Of a DNA stretch of 32,000 bases, positions 20,031-26,167 are shown piece after piece. Every line of letters begins with the position of its first letter. The first letter of the stretch is position 1. A program made the position numbers and the translations under genes. The notes under the pieces were generated by a model that was not told the DNA's origin, ran no database searches, and saw only the letters and a list, made by a program, of their open reading frames with translations. Location: assembly GCF_000010625.1 (NCBI RefSeq), contig NC_010296.1:5010001-5042000 (forward strand), given 5' to 3'. The stretch is from Microcystis aeruginosa NIES-843 (GTDB taxonomy: Bacteria > Cyanobacteriota > Cyanobacteriia > Cyanobacteriales > Microcystaceae).

Positions 20031-21185
20031 AAAATATTTTTACTGGCGTTAATATCTCGGTCATGGTGTGTCCCACAGTCTGGACAGTCCCATTCTCGAA
20101 TATTTAACGGCATTTTCTCAGCAATATACCCGCAATTACTACACCTTTTAGAGCTAGGAAACCATCTATCTATTTCGATGTAATTTCTGCCGTACCAACG
20201 GCATTTATAGGCTAATTGTCGGGTGATTTCTCCCCAGCTAACGTCAGATATTGCCTGAGATAATTTCGGGTTTTTGACCATATTCTTGACGGCTAAATTC
20301 TCAACCACAATCGTTTGGTTTTCACGAACTAATTGAGTGGTTAGCTTGTGTAAATGGTCTTTTCTGTTATCGGTGATTCGAGCGTGAATCTTGGCTACTT
20401 TGATTCTCGCTTTTTCCCGATTTTTTGACCCTTTCTGTTTTCGAGAAAGACTTTTAGATGCTCTTCGCAGTCTCCGATAATGCTTTTTAAAATGCTCAGG
20501 ATTAGATACTTTGTCACCATCGCTGGTAATGACAAGGCTACTAATTCCTAAGTCAATTCCAATGGCTTTATCTGTTACTGGTAATGGCTTAATCGTTGGG
20601 TCATCAAATCTTATTGAGATATGCCAACGTCCTGAAGGATGTAATCTGACTGTTACTGTGCTTGGTTCACAGCTTTCTGGGATGTGTCTTGACCATCGAA
20701 TAGGTAAAGGTTCTGTGCATTTAGCTAAATAGATTTGTCTGTCTTTAATTGTAAAAGCAGATTTGGTAAATTCGGCACTTCCTCCCTGATGTTTTTTCTT
20801 AAAGTTAGGATACTTAGTACGACCAGCAAAGAAATTAGTGAAAGCTGTTTGTAAATGTCTTAACCCTTGTTGTAAGGGTACACAGCTTACTTCATTGAGA
20901 AAGTTTAATTCTTCTTGCTTTTTCCAATCGGTTAGCATTGAAGAAGTTTGAGCGTAGCCTACTCTTTCTTGTCTTTCGTACCATGCTTGTGTTCTGACAT
21001 GGAGAGCTTTATTGTAAACTAATCTTACACAGCCCAAAGTGCGCCGCAATAGCGACTCTTGTTCGGGTGTGGGGTAAAATCGAAACGAATAGGCTTTTTC
21101 CATACCTCACATTTTAGCATATATTTCGTAAACGATGCTCATATTTAACAGTAAAGCCGTCGTAGAACGACGGGGTTTCAGACCC
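19870..21185 (-). mobile_element. IS200/IS605-family tnpA-less (IS1341-like) element carrying tnpB; ends approximate
   Basis: The tnpB ORF is flanked by subterminal hairpins: CCGTCGT-AGA-ACGACGG at 21157-21173 (left-end side) and TCACCG(C)CCG-TAAA-CGG(A)CGGTGA at 19883-19905 (right-end side). There are no inverted terminal repeats, as expected for this family. Confidence 0.7.
19916..21103 (-). CDS. tnpB: TnpB (OrfB) RNA-guided endonuclease, apparently intact
   Basis: 395 aa. N-terminus MEKAYSFRFYPTPEQ, RuvC-I AIGIDLGISS, RuvC-II TIVVENLAVKNM, zinc finger CSNCG...CPDCG and RuvC-III HDRDINASKNI. Confidence 0.9.
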   Translation of the reverse strand: MEKAYSFRFYPTPEQESLLRRTLGCVRLVYNKALHVRTQAWYERQERVGYAQTSSMLTDWKKQEELNFLNEVSCVPLQQGLRHLQTAFTNFFAGRTKYPNFKKKHQGGSAEFTKSAFTIKDRQIYLAKCTEPLPIRWSRHIPESCEPSTVTVRLHPSGRWHISIRFDDPTIKPLPVTDKAIGIDLGISSLVITSDGDKVSNPEHFKKHYRRLRRASKSLSRKQKGSKNREKARIKVAKIHARITDNRKDHLHKLTTQLVRENQTIVVENLAVKNMVKNPKLSQAISDVSWGEITRQLAYKCRWYGRNYIEIDRWFPSSKRCSNCGYIAEKMPLNIREWDCPDCGTHHDRDINASKNILAAGLAVSVCRATIRPEQSKSVKAGAEPRKGKKQKPKS

Positions 21186-21331
21186 AAATTTTCGATGAAG
21201 GAGGGGCGGCTTTTATGGCTGACGGTTATGCCAGAGCGAGGCAAGGATTTGGTGTTTGTATTGGACTCGGTGGGCCAGGTGTGACCAACAGGGTGACGGC
21301 GATCGCATCCGCACTGAGCGATACCGACTAG
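21182..21331 (+). pseudogene. Remnant of a thiamine-diphosphate-dependent enzyme gene (acetolactate-synthase-like N-terminal Pyr domain)
   Basis: Translation ...IFDEGGAAFMADGYARARQGFGVCIGLGGPGVTNRVTAIASALSDTD* matches the conserved HE-x-gA-x-MAdGYAR-x-G-x-GVC-x-GPG-x-TN-x-IA block of ThDP enzymes. Only about 50 codons are present, with no N-terminus and no PP domain. Confidence 0.65.
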
Positions 21332-21411
21332 GGGGCGAAATTACAACCACAAGGCACATCCTTGGCAATAAAGTGTATAAGTTAATTTGGGCTGCAACTA
21401 TAGGATAATTA

Positions 21412-21623
21412 GGGTCTGCTGAAAAAGTTTTTCCTAGGGGCAGGGTGTAGGGTGTGGGGTGTGGGGTGTGGGGTTTTACCGATTTTGAGGGGGTCAATTA
21501 CCTAATTTTCAGGGAAAAAGTCCCTGAATTTACCCCTGATCACTCCCATATCTGGTACTTTTGGATTTCAAAAAAGTCTAAAAGTCTTATCCAGCAAGGT
21601 TTTTAGATTTATTCAGCCGGCCA
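21412..21623. mobile_element. MITE copy C (full length, same orientation as copy B)
   Basis: GGGTCTGCTGAAAAAGTTTTTCC ... TTTATTCAGCCGGCCA, flanked by TAATTA (21406-21411 and 21624-21629). It ends 38 bp upstream of the GH13 start codon. Confidence 0.8.
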
Positions 21624-21661
21624 TAATTAGGAAGAAAAAGTTGAGGTTATAAAGAATAATC

Positions 21662-23551
21662 ATGTCTAGAACGCTAGTTGAAGCAGCAGCACCTCAAGAA
21701 CTGAGGTTGGCAGACTTAAAGCCCCGTGGACGGGTTAATCCAAGTCCTGCAACCTGGAGAGACCAGATTTTATATTTTCTCCTACCAGATCGCTTCAGCG
21801 ATGGTGGAGAAGGTGGTCGAACACTATTCGATCGCTCCAATCCATCGACATTCAGGAAGAATGATAAAAAACAATGGATGGCTGGCGGCAAAATATTTCA
21901 GGGAGGAACGATCGCCGGAATAAAAAGTAAATTGGACTACCTGCAAAATTTAGGCGTTACCACTCTTTGGATTGCCCCTGTTTGCAAACAAAGAAAAGAT
22001 TTAGAAACTTATCACGGTTACGGAATTCAAAATTTCTTAGAAATCGATCCTCGTTTTGGTACTCGTCAAGAATTGAGAGATTTAGTAGATGCTGCCCACA
22101 CCAAGGGTATGTATGTTCTATTAGATATTATCTACAATCATTCGGGAAATAACTGGTTTTACAATGTAGGTGGAAGACCAAAAACTACTGAAAAGTACCG
22201 TTTTGCTCCACCTTATCCAGTTCATGGGTGGCGTTCTGATACTGGAAGTAGTATTCCTATTTCAAGCATTTCTCCCTCTGATTTAGAAGACGGTGTTTGG
22301 CCCCAAGAATTCCAAGATTTAGACTGGTATACCAAAGCTGGAGAGATTTGCAAATGGGATCCCGAGGGTTGGGAAGAGCCGCTTCATCCAGATAATGAAT
22401 TTCGACGAGGTGATTTTTCCGACCTTAAAGACCTCAATCTCAATAGAAGTGATGTTTTAAATGCTGTTATCAAAGTCTATCAATACTGGATTGCTCTCAG
22501 CGATTGTGATGGATTTCGGATTGATACTGTCAAGCACGTTTCTTGGGAAGCATCCCGTAACTTCTGTGGTGCAATTCACGAATATGCCGAGTCGATTGGC
22601 AAGGAAAACTTCTTGCTTCTTGGTGAGGTTACTGGTGGTGCTGATATGGCGCGCAACTATCTAGAAATCTTTGGTCGCAATCTAGATGCTGTTTTAGATA
22701 TCGGCGAACCACCACAAAAACTAGCAGGAATGACTAAAGGGTTTAGAGAACCAAGCGATTTTTTTAATCAGTTTGCAGGTCATGATTCTCTTGGTAGTCA
22801 TCGTGAAACAGGACGCTATCACGTCTCAATTTTAGATGACCACGATATGGTGGGACGTGGTAAAAATCGATTTGCAGCTAATAATCCTAATTTAGAACAA
22901 GTTGCCCATGCAGTAGGTGTGCAGTTGACTACTCTAGGCATACCCTGTATTTATTACGGTACTGAGCAAGCATTTGATGGTAAAGAATCTTATCACGACT
23001 TTAGTATCGAACCACGCGATAGCAACGGCAAAATTCCTTTCGATGATCGCTATATTCGAGAGTCCATGTTTGGTGGAACTTTTGGAGCTTTTGAAACCGA
23101 AAATTGCCATTTCTTTGATGAAAATCATCCTACTTATTTACGTATTGCCGCGATCGCTCTTATCCGTAATGGAGATAACAAAATCGGTCTAGCTTTACGT
23201 CGCGGTCGTCAGTATTTAAGGGAAACATCTATCTTAGGAAGACCTTTTAATATACCAGCAAGAGAAGAGTTGGTAGCCTGGTCTCGCATTCTCTTTGACC
23301 AAGAGGTTCTGATAGCAGTTAATACTAATGGGACTGCGGTCAGAGGTGCAGATATAACTGTAGATGGCTCTTTAAGTCCTATTGGAGGACAAATGACCTA
23401 TCTTTACAGGAGCGACTGGGCTGATAGTCAATTACATACCCCACCCACAGATCAAACTGTAAACATTATTAGTAATGGCAGTCGTGCCACTGTCAAAATC
23501 GATTTACCGCCTGCTGGAATGGCTATCTTAACCCACTTTCCGTCAAATTAA
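21662..23551 (+). CDS. GH13 (alpha-amylase family) glycoside hydrolase, cytoplasmic
   Basis: All four GH13 regions are present: I VLLDIIYNHSG, II DGFRIDTVKHV (nucleophile Asp), III LLGEVTGG (acid/base Glu), IV ILDDHDM. The N-terminus has LPDRFSDG. No signal peptide. Confidence 0.88.
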   Translation: MSRTLVEAAAPQELRLADLKPRGRVNPSPATWRDQILYFLLPDRFSDGGEGGRTLFDRSNPSTFRKNDKKQWMAGGKIFQGGTIAGIKSKLDYLQNLGVTTLWIAPVCKQRKDLETYHGYGIQNFLEIDPRFGTRQELRDLVDAAHTKGMYVLLDIIYNHSGNNWFYNVGGRPKTTEKYRFAPPYPVHGWRSDTGSSIPISSISPSDLEDGVWPQEFQDLDWYTKAGEICKWDPEGWEEPLHPDNEFRRGDFSDLKDLNLNRSDVLNAVIKVYQYWIALSDCDGFRIDTVKHVSWEASRNFCGAIHEYAESIGKENFLLLGEVTGGADMARNYLEIFGRNLDAVLDIGEPPQKLAGMTKGFREPSDFFNQFAGHDSLGSHRETGRYHVSILDDHDMVGRGKNRFAANNPNLEQVAHAVGVQLTTLGIPCIYYGTEQAFDGKESYHDFSIEPRDSNGKIPFDDRYIRESMFGGTFGAFETENCHFFDENHPTYLRIAAIALIRNGDNKIGLALRRGRQYLRETSILGRPFNIPAREELVAWSRILFDQEVLIAVNTNGTAVRGADITVDGSLSPIGGQMTYLYRSDWADSQLHTPPTDQTVNIISNGSRATVKIDLPPAGMAILTHFPSN

Positions 23552-23627
23552 AGGAGAATAGAAAGGAAAATAAAAATATATTACGCTCCCAAAGTCTATT
23601 GTTCACCTACCAAAGAGTCCATAAATT

Positions 23628-26126
23628 ATGTCTCAGAATGAGTCCAACGTTAACAATCAAGACACGTCATTTGCTTTCGGTACTGATATTTTAGGTCGCT
23701 ACTTCTGTAACACCCTAGAGGAGGCAGCAAAAAGCAATGAAGCCAAACCATTTGATGTGGTGGTGATCGGATCGGGAATGTACGGTTCGTATATTGCGAG
23801 TAAGCTCTACCACTGGAGTAAAAATAAAAAGCAACTTGGAGAGGAAAAAAGGTTAAAAATCCTCATCCTTGAAGCTGGTCCTTACATCGTACACGAGCAT
23901 ATCGAAAACCTTCCACCTAAAACTGGCATTTTTGATGAAAATATCGATCACCCACACATGAAGTCCCCATATGTATGTCATGTTCGTCGAGCAGGGATGG
24001 GTGAGGAGTTTTTTGGGGAAGTAAAAAAGCATAGCTACTGTGTTGGGGGTAAATCGTTGACGTGGGGGAAGTGGTCGCCACGTCTTACCGATGAAGATTT
24101 AGCGTCTTGGCCAAAAGAGCTTAGAGATTTCCTATATGAGAACTATAAAGAGGTAGAAGACGAGACAGGTGTTTCTGACTACTCAGACCTTATAAATGGG
24201 ACTCTTTTTAAGGGTCTGAAGAAATTTCTAGAGGAAAAGCTAAATTCACCAGATCTAAATCATCTCAAACTTAAAGATCCACCTGTGGCTGTCGCGGCAA
24301 ATAGCACCCGATCTGGAGTGTATAGCCCTGATGCTTTCAGTAGTCTTGGTAGGCTCTTACAAAATATACGGATTGAATCCCAGTACGATGATGTGCCGAA
24401 GCCCAATGATCCCATTTGGAAATCTAAATCAATCTTTCTTGTTCCGAATACGTTTGTATACAAGCTTGAAACCGATAAGGGTTCTGTCTCTCGCATACAT
24501 GTAGTCGATAGCAACTCTCAAAAAACAAGCTCTTTTGAACTTTTAAGCAATTGCGAGGTGATCTTGGCTGGTACGGCTGTAGAATCTACCAGGCTTGTAC
24601 TCAACTCATTTCCCAGATCGGACTCTTTAAAAGAGAACCAAGAGTTAATCGGGCGTAATCTGATGGGGCATCTGTTCAGTGCGGTAACAGTTCGGATTAA
24701 GCGAGAAGCACTTGGATTCCTTAAGGAGGATGTTCTTGAGTCTGCCCTTTACCATCTACAGGGCTACAGCGAACGTTTCAAGAAAAGTTACCATTTCCAA
24801 TTCCTCTGTAGCTCTGATCCTGGCTTTGATGTTTTCACGACTCTCTATAAAATGTTTTACGATTATGAGGAGCTTGTCGATACATTAGGGTCGCAGGATC
24901 AGGAATGGGTCACTCTATTGATATTCACGGTTTCTGAGGTGCAAGGAAAGCCAAAGGCTCCACTTTACACAGAAGGCTCGAATTGGATGAATTTAAGTAA
25001 GGATCAAATCGAAGTATTCGGTGAAGTGAAATATGCTAAGCCCTACTTGAAATGGGAAAGTTCACCAGAAGATGAGGAATTCTGGGACGAGGTTCATTCA
25101 ACTTTATTTGACTTTCTTTCATCACTGGTATCCTTTGGTGCCATCGAATACCAAGATCCGAATGATGCTAAAAAATGGACACCAGAGAAGCCGACACAAT
25201 TCGACCCATACCAAAAGACTGAGGCATTTTGGAATTCACGCCATGAATCGGGTACGCTATGGATGGGTGAAAATCCTGATGAATCTGTAACAGATCTAGA
25301 CGGCAAATTACACCACATTCAAAATGTTTACTGCGCTGACCAAGCGATTTTTCCTACTGTTGGTTCTGCCAATCCTGTACTCACAGGACTAACCCTATGC
25401 CGTAAGATTGCGGATTCAATTATTAAACGCCACATCTCATCTGAATTTGTCGAGGAAGAAGACGCGGATTCAATTATTGAACGCCACATCTCATCTAAAT
25501 TTGTCGAGGAAGAAGACTTTGAAATTCTTTATCGAGGTGACTTCAAATCAGATGGTTGGAAATTTTTGGAATCAAATAAATCAGGTGCCAAAAACTTCTT
25601 TGATATTAAAGATAGTTTGCCTATATTGGGTGCGGGAGTTTCCGATAAAGATGTCAAAATGGGTGCTCTTTGTTATACACGCAAAAAATTCAAAAATTTC
25701 ATCTTAAAGTTAGAATGGAAAGCATTTGCCATCGAAGCAAACTCTGGTATTTTTCTAAGGAGGCCAGAACCTAAAGGTGAATCTTTCTATGACAATCTCA
25801 TCGAAGTTCAAATTGACGAGACTGCCTATGACTACAAAAAAAAGATATACGGAAGTCCTTTACATAAAACAGGTGCAGTCTATGATATATTTCCTGCTCA
25901 ACGATGGGCTACTAAGGTGATTAGTCCTCGAAATTCAGAGCATCCTGGATATTGGAACAGCTGTGAAATCACCGTACAGGATAATACGATTGAGGTTAAA
26001 CTCAATGACAAAATAGTTAGTGCGGGAACTTTTTCTGAATCCGTGAACCTCGAAGGTTTCATTGCCTTGCAATGTCATACAGAGGTCGTTCAGTTTCGTA
26101 ATATTCGGATCAAGGAACAACCCTAA
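23628..26126 (+). CDS. Fusion protein: pyranose-oxidase-like GMC FAD oxidoreductase (aa ~40-600) + DUF1080 / 3-keto-disaccharide-hydrolase-like domain (aa ~640-832)
   Basis: FAD Rossmann motif FDVVVIGSGMYGSYIASKL...LEAGP. The GMC C-terminal block HESGTLWMGENPDESVTDLDGKLHHIQNVYCADQAIFPTVGSANPVLTGLTL resembles pyranose 2-oxidase. The C-terminal domain carries the DUF1080 pattern (FILKLEWK...NSGIFLRR, IEVQIDE, KTGAVYDI, YWNSCEITVQDNTIEVKLND, GFIALQCH..VQFRNIRIKE). Confidence 0.8.
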   Translation: MSQNESNVNNQDTSFAFGTDILGRYFCNTLEEAAKSNEAKPFDVVVIGSGMYGSYIASKLYHWSKNKKQLGEEKRLKILILEAGPYIVHEHIENLPPKTGIFDENIDHPHMKSPYVCHVRRAGMGEEFFGEVKKHSYCVGGKSLTWGKWSPRLTDEDLASWPKELRDFLYENYKEVEDETGVSDYSDLINGTLFKGLKKFLEEKLNSPDLNHLKLKDPPVAVAANSTRSGVYSPDAFSSLGRLLQNIRIESQYDDVPKPNDPIWKSKSIFLVPNTFVYKLETDKGSVSRIHVVDSNSQKTSSFELLSNCEVILAGTAVESTRLVLNSFPRSDSLKENQELIGRNLMGHLFSAVTVRIKREALGFLKEDVLESALYHLQGYSERFKKSYHFQFLCSSDPGFDVFTTLYKMFYDYEELVDTLGSQDQEWVTLLIFTVSEVQGKPKAPLYTEGSNWMNLSKDQIEVFGEVKYAKPYLKWESSPEDEEFWDEVHSTLFDFLSSLVSFGAIEYQDPNDAKKWTPEKPTQFDPYQKTEAFWNSRHESGTLWMGENPDESVTDLDGKLHHIQNVYCADQAIFPTVGSANPVLTGLTLCRKIADSIIKRHISSEFVEEEDADSIIERHISSKFVEEEDFEILYRGDFKSDGWKFLESNKSGAKNFFDIKDSLPILGAGVSDKDVKMGALCYTRKKFKNFILKLEWKAFAIEANSGIFLRRPEPKGESFYDNLIEVQIDETAYDYKKKIYGSPLHKTGAVYDIFPAQRWATKVISPRNSEHPGYWNSCEITVQDNTIEVKLNDKIVSAGTFSESVNLEGFIALQCHTEVVQFRNIRIKEQP
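25410..25517 (+). repeat. 54-bp in-frame tandem duplication (2 copies, 2 mismatches) in the interdomain linker
   Basis: GCGGATTCAATTATT(A/G)AACGCCACATCTCATCT(G/A)AATTTGTCGAGGAAGAAGAC x2 encodes ADSIIKRHISSEFVEEED / ADSIIERHISSKFVEEED. Confidence 0.95.
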
Positions 26127-26167
26127 AATAATCAGAACAAAAAGAAAGATGGATAGATCATCGAAGA

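Noticed and set aside
19902-20183. 93-aa plus-strand ORF antisense to the 3' end of tnpB
   Set aside because: It is a shadow of the tnpB frame. The region is better explained by the tnpB coding sequence plus the putative omega-RNA scaffold on the minus strand.
21213-21497. 94-aa minus-strand ORF
   Set aside because: It runs through MITE copy C (PHTPHPTPYTLP comes from the CCCCACA-type repeat) and lies antisense to the ThDP-enzyme relic. It is a repeat artefact.
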